From Acidobacteriota bacterium (GTDB taxonomy: Bacteria > Acidobacteriota > Blastocatellia > RBC074), in contig JAFDVL010000102.1 in assembly GCA_018268995.1 (NCBI GenBank), forward strand, positions 21,696 through 85,695: a DNA stretch of 64,000 nucleotides. Direction: 5' to 3'. The stretch's first letter is position 1, and each line of letters begins with the position of its first letter. The position numbers and the translations under genes were made by a program. Shown here piece after piece: positions 38,934 through 49,187 of this stretch. Under the pieces are notes generated by a model. That model ran no database searches. It saw nothing but the letters and a program-made list of their open reading frames with translations, and was not told the origin of the DNA.

Positions 38934-41900
38934 TTAGTTCTCCCTCCTGGCACTCGCCTCGCCTTTTGATTCAAGTTTGCGCGGTGCCAGTTGTATAACG
39001 TCGGAAAATAGAGCTTCTGTTCTGAATAATGTGGTTGCCGAATTGAAAGCAGGGATGAATGGACTGGACGAAGCTGTGACAGTCGTCGCGTCGCCATCGG
39101 TCACTGCCACACGGACATAGGTAATATCAGGTCGTCCGCTCGCTCCACTGAAATCTTGTTGCAGTGTGAAGGGCTGCCCAGGCAAGAGTGTGGATAACGA
39201 ATTGAGTACCGATGTCAGATCAACCTCAATCAATCGGCTGGCAGGCTGACGAAATGTATCAAAGAACTGATACGTGATTTTGGTCGCGTTTTTGTTTGCA
39301 TCATAAAGAGAAACCTTGACGCGGAAATCATCACGCACCGTCGTCATTTCAACCAATGGCGTCGTCGCTGGATTGCCGATCACGTTTCCATCTCGCGGAA
39401 CAATTTGAATCGCAGGGGAAACGCGCGCGGAGATATTGGCCGCCGCCGTCCCCGGATCACCAGCCGCTTCGGGGCGACCAGGAGACACCCCTCCGGTGAT
39501 AAAGCTGAAGCGGATTTGCGAATCAAACAACGCAGGCAACACCTGTGTTGCAAAGACGCCCTGATCGCGATTGGCAAATGTCCCGGCAAACGTTGGCAGC
39601 GGCGGATTGAACAAAATGCGGAACCGAAGCTGCTCGCCACTAAGCAAAGTCCGATTGATTGAAATCGGCTGTGCCGCAGTACGATCTGGATTCACGGTTG
39701 GATTCAGTGGAACCTCTGCCCCCGAAGCCGGAACCAGGCGCAATGAGAAATAGCGACTGTCATCCACACCACTTAAGTTCGCCGCGTTGGTCACACGAAC
39801 AAACAACGCCGTCGTCAAATTCATCGGCAGACAGCCTGTATTCGTGAGTGTGAACGTCCCAGAAGGTGGCGTCGCATTGCTGCCCGCCACGATGGGGCCA
39901 AGTTGCAGTGCCGTGCCTCCTGCATCATAAGCAACTGTACCAATAGCCGTTCCAGCCAAACCGGTGCTGGTGATCGTGGAGGAATTATTCGCCGAGCTGA
40001 CATCAAAAGTTTGACTGGAAACCGTTGCCTCACTCGTCAAAGTCGTATTTTGCGCAAGGCAAGCGAGGGTTCCAGTGATCGTCAAAACGGCGGTTCCCGG
40101 AGCCAGATTTGAAGTCGAAGCAAAGAATGGATTCCCATCCCGTCCACAAGACCAGCCAGCCGGAGCCGTACACGTAGCCCCTAACAACTGAACAGGTGGC
40201 CGGATGACCGCAGATACAAAACCAGCGGTACTTGGGCCATTGTTGGTCACGTTAATGGTGTACGTCACCGCAGCACCACTGGCGACTGGATTGGGTGCCA
40301 CACTTTGCGTAATCGCCAGATTCGCTGAAGCATTGACCGTTGCGTTCGCATTGGCAGTATTGTTTGTCGTAATCGTGTCCTGCTCATTGCTGCTGACGGA
40401 TGCGGTATTCGTGGCAGTGACCGATTGTGGCGGCGTCCCTGTGGTCGGAATCGTAGGAGCAATGACCACGCTGACAGTCGCGTTGGCACTGGGAACAATC
40501 GTCCCTAAATTACAATTGATTGGCCCGGTTCCGGTGCAACTACCGGCTAATGGCGTGACCGAGACGACTGTAAACTGGCCATTCGGAATCGTCACGTTAT
40601 CCGTTAATGCCACGCCTGTTGCATCATTCGGCCCGTTGTTGGCAACCGTGATTGTGTAGGTCAGATTGTTTCCGACAAAGACGGGATTTGGTGCTGCTGT
40701 GACCGTCACGCCCAAATCGGCAACTGCATTTTGGACGGCCAGACAGGCAGAAAACTCTGACGTATTTCCAGAGCTATCGGTCGCCGTTGCGGTCACAACA
40801 CGCCCGGCAGTCACTGGTGTCGTGACCACCAGGGAAATGTTTCCGACCCCGCTGGCATTGGTTGTGACGTTGGTCCGCCCAACAAATACTTCCCCCTCAC
40901 CATTCCCGGTCGTATCGCAACTGGCATTGCTGAAAACTTCAACGATGTAGGTTGAGTTTGCCGCACTGTTCAATGTCCCAACAATGGTTGTTCCGGTCGT
41001 CCGCGTCAAAGCAGACGTGAGCACCGGATAGTTTTGGAGATTATTCGCACCTGTATCCGTGTCATTCGTGTCATTCGCGGTGACTCCGGCTGCCCCTAAA
41101 TCAATTCCTAATTGTCCATTGTTGTAGATGGAATTATTCAGAATCGAATTATTGACCGTACTGGAGGAAATAAAAGGAGCAGGAAGATAAACACCCTGCG
41201 TGGCGTTATTCGCAATAATGTTCCCCGCACCTGGTGCTGTTCCGCCAATCGTTGTATTCGCGACCCCATCAAGCTGAATTCCCGCCGCATTAAAAGATTC
41301 AGAATTTCCATTCCCCAGCGCACCTGTGCCAGCAGCATCTACGCCAATGTAATTCGATTGAATCACATTACCATCAGCAGCTTCGGGGGTGGCCTCCGTC
41401 CGAGTGGGAACACTTCCGCTGATGCTAATACCACTGCCGAAGTTTCCTGAGATCACATTCCGTGCTCCGGCTGTCGTGCTGCCAATCACATTGTTGGCTG
41501 CAAGAAACAGGTTCACGCCCGTGCCATTTCCGTTGGCGCTGGTTCCAGCACTATTTGTACCAATGTAATTGCCTAATATCCGGTTGCCTGAGCTTGTTTC
41601 AAGAAATAGGAAGATTCCAGAAAAACTATTGCCGGAAATAATATTGCGAGCGGCTGCCGTTGTCCCTCCAATAATGTTATTCGGGGAGCGATCAATTCTG
41701 ATCCCCTCGCCTCCGTTATTCACCAGCGTATTTCCTTCGATGACATTGCTATTTCCGAGGTTGATGTTTATCGCTCCGGCAAAGGTAAACCCGGAAATTG
41801 TCAGACCCCGTATTGTATTAGAGTTCCCCGTCAGGGTGAGGGCATAAGATCCACCAGTAAAATTTGCCCCCTGATTAATCACGATGCTTTGCGAGGCAGG

Positions 41901-43469
41901 TGCGCCTCCCTGCGGAGTGCCATCAATGATGATCGGATTGGTAATATCCGGGAGCGGCGAGTTCAGTAAAATTGTTTGGGTTCCGCCGCCGATATTGAAG
42001 GTAATGGTATCTGAACCCGCCGTTGCATTCGCTTCCTGGATGGCAGCCCGCAGCGTGCAAATAGGGCCACCAGCGCGCGAACTGTCACAAATACCATCGC
42101 CAGGAATCGCATCAGGCAAATCGCCATTTGAGTTCACACTAAACGTTGCTTCCGGCACGGCATTGATCACCATCGGAGCAGCAGCATTTTTACGCAGCAA
42201 AACCAGCCCATCCAAAGCGCTGGCAGTTGTTCGCAGTGCTAATGCCGCCACCAATTCTCCCTGCCCTTCTAAAGATGCCGAGCTGATGTCTTTGCTGGCA
42301 TTATTCGCGAGGACTCGCAATTGATTCGATTGAAGCGTGACTAAGTCATCCACCTTGCTGCCAGAAATTCGAGCACGCATTAAATGCATTGCGCCACTAT
42401 TTTCCTGCCGGGCGGATCGGGCATTTTCAGTTGGCTTGAGCACCTGCGTTATTTGCCACTGCTCAGCCGCGCGGGAACGAACACTTTGCCTGCTGTTGCC
42501 TGTTACCATCTGACTTACGACTGAAATTGAGCCATCCTGCGCAAGCAATGCGATCTGATTTATGTAGACTTGTGCATCATCAACAAAGTGGCCGATTGCT
42601 AGCGAATCGGCTTTCGCCGAAAGCGCTTTGCGCATGATCGTTGGGGTCTGTCTTCCACCTGCAATGACGACCAGCTCGGTGCCAGCAGCAACAGCGAGAT
42701 CAGAAAAGGCATCGCGGGTTAAGTGGGCGAATGCCAGCGAAGTCGCAGGCTGTGACAGGTTATAGGTTTGAGGCTGTGCTTTCCACGCTCCATCGGCAGC
42801 GCTGAACAACTGAATGAATGCACCATCTGCTGTTTGTTCGGCAACGGCGAAATCTGCCAGTCCATCCACGCGATTGAATTCACCACTCCCCAGCGCCGTG
42901 ATCGCCCCTTTTACCTCCGTCACCACTGGCTCGGCGAAGCCACCTTTGCCATCGCCAGCCAGGAAATATAAGACATTACTATTGCGTGCAGCTGCAATCA
43001 CATCAAAATGGCCATCCGCATCAAAATCGCCTGTTTCAAGAAAATCTGGAATTGAAGGAAGAAGGAGATTACTGCCCGCAGAAGAAAAGATTGCGCTTCT
43101 GGATTCCGTGTCGAAACGGGGATAGAGAGCGTTGGCATTTCCGCGATAGGTGGTGATTATTCCGACGCCACCATTTTCATATCCACCGATCAAATCTGTC
43201 ATCCCATCTTCGTTGAAGTCAGCGGTGGCGAGGGCCAGCGGACGAAGACTGTTTACGTCCTGACCTGCCGACTCCAGCAATTGCGCATTGGACAATCGGA
43301 GTGATTTGCTGCTTGATTGAATTTTGATCGTTTTGGTTTCTGGTCTGGGTAAAACAGTTGTCGCGGGCTTCCTGATGAACGTGGCCAATCCACCAGCGAC
43401 AATCGCAATTGAAGTTAAAGTTAATAGGACTATTTTTGTTGTGAGTTTATGTAACAAACGAACAGACAT
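38934..43469 (-). CDS. Giant (1511 aa) cell-surface protein with FG-GAP/VCBS-like repeats, right-handed parallel β-helix repeats and DUF11 ('conserved repeat domain') units.
   Basis: N-terminal TM anchor. FG-GAP-like DFNEDGMTDLIGG and GDFDADGHFDVIAA. A long Gly/Asn-rich β-helix region (NNIIGGTTAAARNIISGN..., the 'GxxxNxI' periodicity). DUF11-like LTYTITVANNGPNDATGV and VTYTINVTNNGPSTAG. Confidence 0.7.
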   Translation of the reverse strand: MSVRLLHKLTTKIVLLTLTSIAIVAGGLATFIRKPATTVLPRPETKTIKIQSSSKSLRLSNAQLLESAGQDVNSLRPLALATADFNEDGMTDLIGGYENGGVGIITTYRGNANALYPRFDTESRSAIFSSAGSNLLLPSIPDFLETGDFDADGHFDVIAAARNSNVLYFLAGDGKGGFAEPVVTEVKGAITALGSGEFNRVDGLADFAVAEQTADGAFIQLFSAADGAWKAQPQTYNLSQPATSLAFAHLTRDAFSDLAVAAGTELVVIAGGRQTPTIMRKALSAKADSLAIGHFVDDAQVYINQIALLAQDGSISVVSQMVTGNSRQSVRSRAAEQWQITQVLKPTENARSARQENSGAMHLMRARISGSKVDDLVTLQSNQLRVLANNASKDISSASLEGQGELVAALALRTTASALDGLVLLRKNAAAPMVINAVPEATFSVNSNGDLPDAIPGDGICDSSRAGGPICTLRAAIQEANATAGSDTITFNIGGGTQTILLNSPLPDITNPIIIDGTPQGGAPASQSIVINQGANFTGGSYALTLTGNSNTIRGLTISGFTFAGAININLGNSNVIEGNTLVNNGGEGIRIDRSPNNIIGGTTAAARNIISGNSFSGIFLFLETSSGNRILGNYIGTNSAGTSANGNGTGVNLFLAANNVIGSTTAGARNVISGNFGSGISISGSVPTRTEATPEAADGNVIQSNYIGVDAAGTGALGNGNSESFNAAGIQLDGVANTTIGGTAPGAGNIIANNATQGVYLPAPFISSSTVNNSILNNSIYNNGQLGIDLGAAGVTANDTNDTDTGANNLQNYPVLTSALTRTTGTTIVGTLNSAANSTYIVEVFSNASCDTTGNGEGEVFVGRTNVTTNASGVGNISLVVTTPVTAGRVVTATATDSSGNTSEFSACLAVQNAVADLGVTVTAAPNPVFVGNNLTYTITVANNGPNDATGVALTDNVTIPNGQFTVVSVTPLAGSCTGTGPINCNLGTIVPSANATVSVVIAPTIPTTGTPPQSVTATNTASVSSNEQDTITTNNTANANATVNASANLAITQSVAPNPVASGAAVTYTINVTNNGPSTAGFVSAVIRPPVQLLGATCTAPAGWSCGRDGNPFFASTSNLAPGTAVLTITGTLACLAQNTTLTSEATVSSQTFDVSSANNSSTITSTGLAGTAIGTVAYDAGGTALQLGPIVAGSNATPPSGTFTLTNTGCLPMNLTTALFVRVTNAANLSGVDDSRYFSLRLVPASGAEVPLNPTVNPDRTAAQPISINRTLLSGEQLRFRILFNPPLPTFAGTFANRDQGVFATQVLPALFDSQIRFSFITGGVSPGRPEAAGDPGTAAANISARVSPAIQIVPRDGNVIGNPATTPLVEMTTVRDDFRVKVSLYDANKNATKITYQFFDTFRQPASRLIEVDLTSVLNSLSTLLPGQPFTLQQDFSGASGRPDITYVRVAVTDGDATTVTASSSPFIPAFNSATTLFRTEALFSDVIQLAPRKLESKGEASARREN

Positions 43470-43567
43470 GAGTTGCTCCTTTGCAATCTCGTGGGGGCTG
43501 AAGATTCAATCCAGGCGCAGGGAAATGGGGGAGTGGTGGATTGCACCTGATAACAGATAACTACGAT

Positions 43568-44401
43568 TTATTTCGTGATAGAAACAAGCTCGGTACTGGC
43601 ACCGCCAACATCAGCCAGTGATTTCACCATTCCGACATCCTTGGCAAACCAGGCAGTAGATTTCACGGTATTATTCATCGGCATTTCTTTGCCGTTCATT
43701 TTCATCACCATTTTGTTCGTCATCGTCATTGAAACCTTAAAGGCCTCAAAAGTACCAGCAGGAACCGTGACAGATTCTTTGCCAACAATCTCTGAACTAA
43801 TGTTCATCGTGCCTTTCGGTGCAGTCATGTTCGGCAATGGGGTTTTCGCAAATTCACCTTCAATTTCGTATTGCAGATCCCATTTCTTGCCAACCTTCCA
43901 GTCACTCTCAACGGGGTAAGAAATGCCTTCGGTTTTTACGGTTTTGTATTTGTATTGCACATTCTGCCCGGCGTTCAGATTGCCGGATTCCAAGGCCATC
44001 AACCCGTCCGGTTTGCATTTCACACCACTTTCGACAACCACCGCGCCTGAGCTGGCAACGGTTTGTCCAGTCTTGGATTTCATTTCGTAAGGAGCGAATT
44101 CCATCTTATGCATAAAGCTTTCGCTCGTGAAATTGGAATAGGTCTCAGTAAACGTCGAAGGGGGGAAATTATTTCCGCTGTAGGATGATTTATAGGTTCG
44201 CTTCAGTGTGGCAGAAGCAGGGTAATAGGCATTGTAACACCCGCCTGATGAGGCCGACGAAGTTGCAGTTGTCCCATTCGCCTTTTCACCTGTCGCAGGT
44301 GCCGTCGGGGTTTGCTTACAGCCTGCTACGCCAAGCATCAGACCAATCATTATTGCTAACAGTTTGTGTGTCCGGTTTGAAGTGATCACTGTTTTCTCCA
44401 T
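43568..44401 (-). CDS. Hypothetical lipoprotein.
   Basis: Lipobox LGVAGC after a signal peptide. Thr/Ser-rich linker. Confidence 0.55.
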   Translation of the reverse strand: MEKTVITSNRTHKLLAIMIGLMLGVAGCKQTPTAPATGEKANGTTATSSASSGGCYNAYYPASATLKRTYKSSYSGNNFPPSTFTETYSNFTSESFMHKMEFAPYEMKSKTGQTVASSGAVVVESGVKCKPDGLMALESGNLNAGQNVQYKYKTVKTEGISYPVESDWKVGKKWDLQYEIEGEFAKTPLPNMTAPKGTMNISSEIVGKESVTVPAGTFEAFKVSMTMTNKMVMKMNGKEMPMNNTVKSTAWFAKDVGMVKSLADVGGASTELVSITK

Positions 44402-44496
44402 ATGGTTGACAAGTTCGCAGCTGAATGCGATAAGCTGCGGTGAGGTTAACTCCCAACAAGATAAGCGAGATTTTCCTTCGAAAACAGGAGGCCCCG

Positions 44497-45270
44497 ATGA
44501 CGATGGAAGAAAATTATAGCTTGCAACGACTACTTACCTTGAGAAAGCTGACGCGCGCGATTACAGAACTTTTGCGCGGGCAAATGAAAGAGCATTTGAC
44601 GACAATCGCACCGTTGTTACGTCCTAAAACTGTTCTTGGTGAATATATCAAAAGCAGTACACGCGAAATGACGCCGGGTGCGAATTTAGCTTTTAAAGAC
44701 CTGCAAACTCTATACGAAACCGTCGCAGCCAACAAACCTTTTCTTTTAGCAAAAGAATTAGATTCTTCGCTGGACATCATGAACACCACCATTGAAATCA
44801 CGCCGATGGAATATAGCTATGAAGCGCAGGCCGAAAATCATCGGAAAGTGATTTCAATCACCTCTCCGCTCAAAAACATATTGACCTATTCGGGGTATGG
44901 GCCAACGAAGCTCAAAGAGTTGCTGGCGGATCGGTATCGTCAGCCGGAAAAAGTGCAGGAATACATTGTGCATTATTTAGCCCTGCACGTCACGATTGCG
45001 CGGCAACCGGGACTTTCTCAGATGTTGTCGGCACTGCACTTTCCAATCACCACGATTCGCTTACCCGAATTTGGCGAATTGCCAATTACCTGCATCAACT
45101 CCTCTATCAGTACGATTCGCCCCTCTGATCCGGTCTTAATTGAAAGTACCGAGTTTTCGGGACTGGACGCTTTTGAAGAAGTCGTCAATGTGACAGACAT
45201 CGCGAATTTGCAGGATTCTCTCAAAGAACGATTGCGTGAAATAGCCAAAAACCACGGCGAAAATCTTTGA
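44497..45270 (+). CDS. Hypothetical protein.
   Basis: ATG at 44497 preceded by AGGAGG. I recognise no motifs. Confidence 0.45.
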   Translation: MTMEENYSLQRLLTLRKLTRAITELLRGQMKEHLTTIAPLLRPKTVLGEYIKSSTREMTPGANLAFKDLQTLYETVAANKPFLLAKELDSSLDIMNTTIEITPMEYSYEAQAENHRKVISITSPLKNILTYSGYGPTKLKELLADRYRQPEKVQEYIVHYLALHVTIARQPGLSQMLSALHFPITTIRLPEFGELPITCINSSISTIRPSDPVLIESTEFSGLDAFEEVVNVTDIANLQDSLKERLREIAKNHGENL

Positions 45271-45276
45271 TCGCGG

Positions 45277-45573
45277 TCACCCGATCATCACCGTCATTTC
45301 TCCCATCACGATATTGCCCCCGTGAACGGTTGTATCTCCGATCCGAGCAGCAGGCATAAAGCCAATCATGACCGTCATTGACCCCATCGCGATTACATCC
45401 GGCGGCCCAACACAGGTTGCCATATCGCCAACGCGGGCAGCGGGCATAAAGCCGATCATGACCGTAGGACAACACGGCGGCAAAATTGGGCCTCCGACGT
45501 GTGGCACGGGTGGCGTGCCGGGGGTGACCATGGGGCAAACATGCATATCACCTAATCTGGCTGCTGGTGGCAT
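45277..45573 (-). CDS. PAAR-domain protein (type VI secretion spike tip), minimal form.
   Basis: Three PAAR motifs: MPPAARLGD, GFMPAARVGD, GFMPAARIGD. Conserved Cys/His is present (HVCP, PPCCP). 98 aa with no C-terminal extension. Confidence 0.9.
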   Translation of the reverse strand: MPPAARLGDMHVCPMVTPGTPPVPHVGGPILPPCCPTVMIGFMPAARVGDMATCVGPPDVIAMGSMTVMIGFMPAARIGDTTVHGGNIVMGEMTVMIG

Positions 45574-45584
45574 AAAAAACTCCT

Positions 45585-46484
45585 TTACAACTCTCGCATC
45601 GCCTTCGTTACTGCCTGTCGTTGTGAGGCATTCAAAGACACTTTTTTCAAAGCTGTGGTGCCAATCTTTTTCAGCAACCGACGTGCTTCACTTGTCAGCG
45701 GTTGACTATCTGGTGTGGGAACATTCGCATCAACGCGATACCAGTCTTGTGGACGATAATCGAAAAGCGATTCGACTAAATGCGGGCGTAATTGTTTTGG
45801 CAGCGTGGTCGTCAAAATTCGATCCAGGCTCGCCAATAACACAGGATTGCGGCGATGTTGCACGATCGCCTCGTGCATCCAGGCAATCTTTTGCTCCGGC
45901 GCGATGGTGGCATCCACCATCCGTTTTTCTAATAATCCAATTGCCGGAGCCGTGCCATTATCAGCCAAAGCATCAATCACAAACTTGATGTGAACGGAAT
46001 CAGGATCGCTGTGGGTTTCCCAAAATTTCAGCACTTCAGCCGTAGGAGGTCGTACGATTGCCAGAGCCTTGATGAGCATCGTGTCGCAGGCATCACAATT
46101 TATCGGCTTCCCAGACCGCACCAAGGCCGCCAGCGTTTCCCGCATTGGAGCCGAGTCATTGCCGCGTATCGTTTGATACAACTGAGCCAGCCGCAGTTTA
46201 TTGACGGGTTTGCGAATATGATCTTCGCGAGGATCAAGCCGATAGATGGCTTCGATTGACGAGAGAAATTCCAGAAGCTTTTTTTGTTCTTGAGAATTCG
46301 TGCTGGCAGCAAGCTTTTGCATCTCCTGCAAAAGTGAATCTGGATTCTGGGAAGAAGTCGTTGGCGTGACTGTCCCAGCTGCGGCTTTTTCGGCCTCTGA
46401 CGCGACAAGAGTTGATCGTCCTTCGCAGGCGAAAAACAAGAGCATTGAAATTATCGGGCCGGCCCAGATCATTCGGCAGTTCAT
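45585..46484 (-). CDS. Hypothetical secreted protein or lipoprotein, paralog A of the downstream gene.
   Basis: Signal peptide MNCRMIWAGPIISMLLFFAC. It shares blocks with 46501-47292 (HSDPDSVHIKFVIDALADNGTAPAIGLLEKRMVD vs HSTPDSIHLHFTIDALCKNGTDPAIALLERKMID; LRLAQLYQTIRGNDSA vs LRIARIFKVLMMNDSA). Confidence 0.6.
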   Translation of the reverse strand: MNCRMIWAGPIISMLLFFACEGRSTLVASEAEKAAAGTVTPTTSSQNPDSLLQEMQKLAASTNSQEQKKLLEFLSSIEAIYRLDPREDHIRKPVNKLRLAQLYQTIRGNDSAPMRETLAALVRSGKPINCDACDTMLIKALAIVRPPTAEVLKFWETHSDPDSVHIKFVIDALADNGTAPAIGLLEKRMVDATIAPEQKIAWMHEAIVQHRRNPVLLASLDRILTTTLPKQLRPHLVESLFDYRPQDWYRVDANVPTPDSQPLTSEARRLLKKIGTTALKKVSLNASQRQAVTKAMREL

Positions 46485-46500
46485 GAGTGGTTCTCAGGAT

Positions 46501-47292
46501 TTACTTAATCAACAAATCCACTTCCGTCAGCGTAATATCAACAGCGACCTTTTCCAGTGGCTTTAATTCCAAATTAGCTTTGGCGTATTCACAAATTGCC
46601 CGCAACTCTTCCAGGGCTTCATTGAAGGCAAGGGCGCGATCCGGTGGAACAGGAACATCGCAGGATTTGTACCATTCTTCCTTGCGATAGGCGCATAAGG
46701 CTTCGACTAATGATCCTTTTAATTCAGGGTCTAAACTGGACTGCAACAGGCGATGACAACCACGCAGCAGTGGGAGATCGTTGCGATGCGACAGGATTGG
46801 GCCGCGCATCCACGCCAGCTTGTAATCCACTTCCTGCTCTGGATCAATCATCTTTCGCTCAAGCAAAGCAATGGCGGGATCAGTGCCGTTTTTGCACAAA
46901 GCGTCAATCGTAAAGTGCAAATGAATCGAATCCGGTGTGCTGTGCGCATCCCAGTATTGAACCGCTACGGACGGAGCGGGCCGAACCGCAGCCAGTGCTT
47001 TGACCAGCAGTTCTTCGCGTGCATCTGAGTCCTTAAATGTGGGCACCTGCGTTAAGGCCACCAGGGTTTGATGGGCTGCCGCAGAATCATTCATCATCAA
47101 GACCTTAAAGATGCGGGCGATGCGCAGTCTTTTGGGAGAGAGAGCAATGTAATCTTCACGCGAATCTATCCGGCTTAAGTAATCCGCAGAACTCAAGGCC
47201 GACAACAGCATAGACTGTTCATTTGGAGTCTTACCGTTGGCCCAGCCGACGGCTTGCCTGACTAATTCCTGCGGAGTTGGTTCATTGGCCAT
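46501..47292 (-). CDS. Hypothetical cytoplasmic protein, paralog B of 45585-46484.
   Basis: No signal peptide (MANEPTPQELVRQAVGW...). It shows paralogy as described for 45585-46484. Confidence 0.6.
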   Translation of the reverse strand: MANEPTPQELVRQAVGWANGKTPNEQSMLLSALSSADYLSRIDSREDYIALSPKRLRIARIFKVLMMNDSAAAHQTLVALTQVPTFKDSDAREELLVKALAAVRPAPSVAVQYWDAHSTPDSIHLHFTIDALCKNGTDPAIALLERKMIDPEQEVDYKLAWMRGPILSHRNDLPLLRGCHRLLQSSLDPELKGSLVEALCAYRKEEWYKSCDVPVPPDRALAFNEALEELRAICEYAKANLELKPLEKVAVDITLTEVDLLIK

Positions 47293-47312
47293 CTAAGTCT
47301 TCCTCAGTCAAA

Positions 47313-49154
47313 CTATGCTTTATCCTTCAAGCCGGGATGTTTGCGCACCGTGATCGTTTGAATCAAGTCAGCATCCAAGCCGCGCCGGACGTCATACCCC
47401 ATCACATTTTCGCGCCACGGATGACCACGCTTTTTCCCTTTGTCATCCACACTGTTGACGTCATCGTCCGAGAGCTTGAATCCGGTCGCAACGTTATTTT
47501 CCCCACCGCTGCCACGATGAAATAATCCCAGAATGTGGCCTATTTCGTGCGCCATATTTTGCCCCGAATCATGTTCCGGTGCTCCGACCGTCCAATCGGA
47601 AGGATAGATCACCCCAAAGAGCCGTTTCTTCAGGTCATCCGAAGAGAAACTCGCTTGCACTTTTTTGCGCGCCTTGACATAAGCCGCATCCGAAGAATTT
47701 GAGCGGTTCTGATGCGAAAAGGATTTCATCTTCACTTTCTTTGCTGCGGCATCCGGTAGGACGCCACTAGGTAAAACCAATGACGTGCTGGGAAAACCAT
47801 CTAATTCTTCCGTCTTCCCTGAGACGCTTTGCAAGTCGGTCGCAGCGGCATTGGTTCCGGTGGTGGAACGGACAAAGGCAACATTGAGAACACTGGGGTT
47901 GAAATTCAAGCGCGTCGCAATCGGGGAGACATTATTATTCACGTTCACCGTCCAGTTATCTTTTTCCGCTGTCACCGTGAAGATTCCTTTATTTGCCGAA
48001 GCTACAGCATTATCCCAAGTCGTAGCATCAGGATCAGGAACAAATTCAATGCCGCATTGCCACCAGATAATCTGAGCAACCTGCATAAAATGAAGGACAT
48101 CGCTTGGCGACACCGTCGGGCTACGTTCTGGATGATTTGTCTTGTCTACGCCATTGATAATGTTGATGCGATAACGAATTTCTTTGATAACGCCGACCCA
48201 AGCGCGATACGTTGCCAGCAATGGGCCTTTTTCACCATCCCAACGTGCTTCAATCACCGCCATTTTATCGGTCGGAGCAGATGTGCCTCGCACCTTTACC
48301 CAAATGCCCTGATTGGAACCGACGAATTCAATCGGGCCTTCTTTGATGTGCCAGGTCACTTTGCTGACCTCTAAATCCCCCGGCCAAACCCAAGTGATTG
48401 CAATCTTCGCCGCTTTGGTTTCCAAATCAGGATCGCTTTTTTTCAAAACTGGAATCAGAGAAGGATTCACCAAGATATTCCAAGCCATATCAGGGGTCAG
48501 CGTGATGGCTTTGGCAAATTCAGTTTCCTTGCCGGGTTCCAATTCGGCTTTCAACGCTTCGATGGCGGCAGGACGGGGCGGCAATTTGCTCGGAGAAATG
48601 GGGACGGGAACAACGGGACAGACTTCAATTCTTGGCTCAACCGCTTTGCCTGAAATTGTTGTGAATGTGCTGCTGCCATTATTCTGCCGACTGACCAGGA
48701 TACCCTTGGTTTTGTCTGGCGTGGTGGTCGCTTTGACTTCCAACTGCTTGACGGTCACGTAGGCTTGAAAATACTGATGATCAGGAAAAAACAGCCAGCC
48801 TTTGATAACTGAGGAGGAAATCGGGAAGTCTGTGTATTCGTTGGTGAAGGGATATTTCAGCGTTAGTTTTGCTTCGCCCAAATCGTCATCGCTGAAGACA
48901 TCCACATCAATTCCCTTGATGGAAATTTCGATCTTGTCACCAGGCTTCTTATTTGTCAGATCAAGTTCGACTGACCATTTATCTTCCGGCAACTTGATCG
49001 TGTCTTTATCGCGCACCTCAAATTCATGATTGGGATCACCAACTGTTTTCCCGTCCACCTTGGCGGTTAATTTCCATTCTCCAGCACCAATGATGTCGCC
49101 GCTTTCATTCGCGTAGACTTTATTGAATGTTACTTTGATCTTCGTTACTGGCAT
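47313..49154 (-). CDS. Metzincin-type zinc metalloprotease domain protein; candidate T6SS cargo effector.
   Basis: 613 aa with no signal peptide. Near the C-terminus are the extended zinc motif HEIGHILGLFH (HExxHxxGxxH) and a Met-turn-like NVMGY about 40 aa later. The N-terminal 450 aa is β-rich and of unknown fold. Confidence 0.65.
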   Translation of the reverse strand: MPVTKIKVTFNKVYANESGDIIGAGEWKLTAKVDGKTVGDPNHEFEVRDKDTIKLPEDKWSVELDLTNKKPGDKIEISIKGIDVDVFSDDDLGEAKLTLKYPFTNEYTDFPISSSVIKGWLFFPDHQYFQAYVTVKQLEVKATTTPDKTKGILVSRQNNGSSTFTTISGKAVEPRIEVCPVVPVPISPSKLPPRPAAIEALKAELEPGKETEFAKAITLTPDMAWNILVNPSLIPVLKKSDPDLETKAAKIAITWVWPGDLEVSKVTWHIKEGPIEFVGSNQGIWVKVRGTSAPTDKMAVIEARWDGEKGPLLATYRAWVGVIKEIRYRINIINGVDKTNHPERSPTVSPSDVLHFMQVAQIIWWQCGIEFVPDPDATTWDNAVASANKGIFTVTAEKDNWTVNVNNNVSPIATRLNFNPSVLNVAFVRSTTGTNAAATDLQSVSGKTEELDGFPSTSLVLPSGVLPDAAAKKVKMKSFSHQNRSNSSDAAYVKARKKVQASFSSDDLKKRLFGVIYPSDWTVGAPEHDSGQNMAHEIGHILGLFHRGSGGENNVATGFKLSDDDVNSVDDKGKKRGHPWRENVMGYDVRRGLDADLIQTITVRKHPGLKDKA

Positions 49155-49187
49155 CGAATCTTTGCCTCTCCGTCAATATTGAATGGT

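Noticed and set aside
40204-40950. Plus-strand ORFs (151 aa, 94 aa) rich in Ala/Val/Thr inside the 1511-aa gene.
   Set aside because: These are antisense shadow ORFs of a repetitive GC-rich gene. They have no RBS or motif support.
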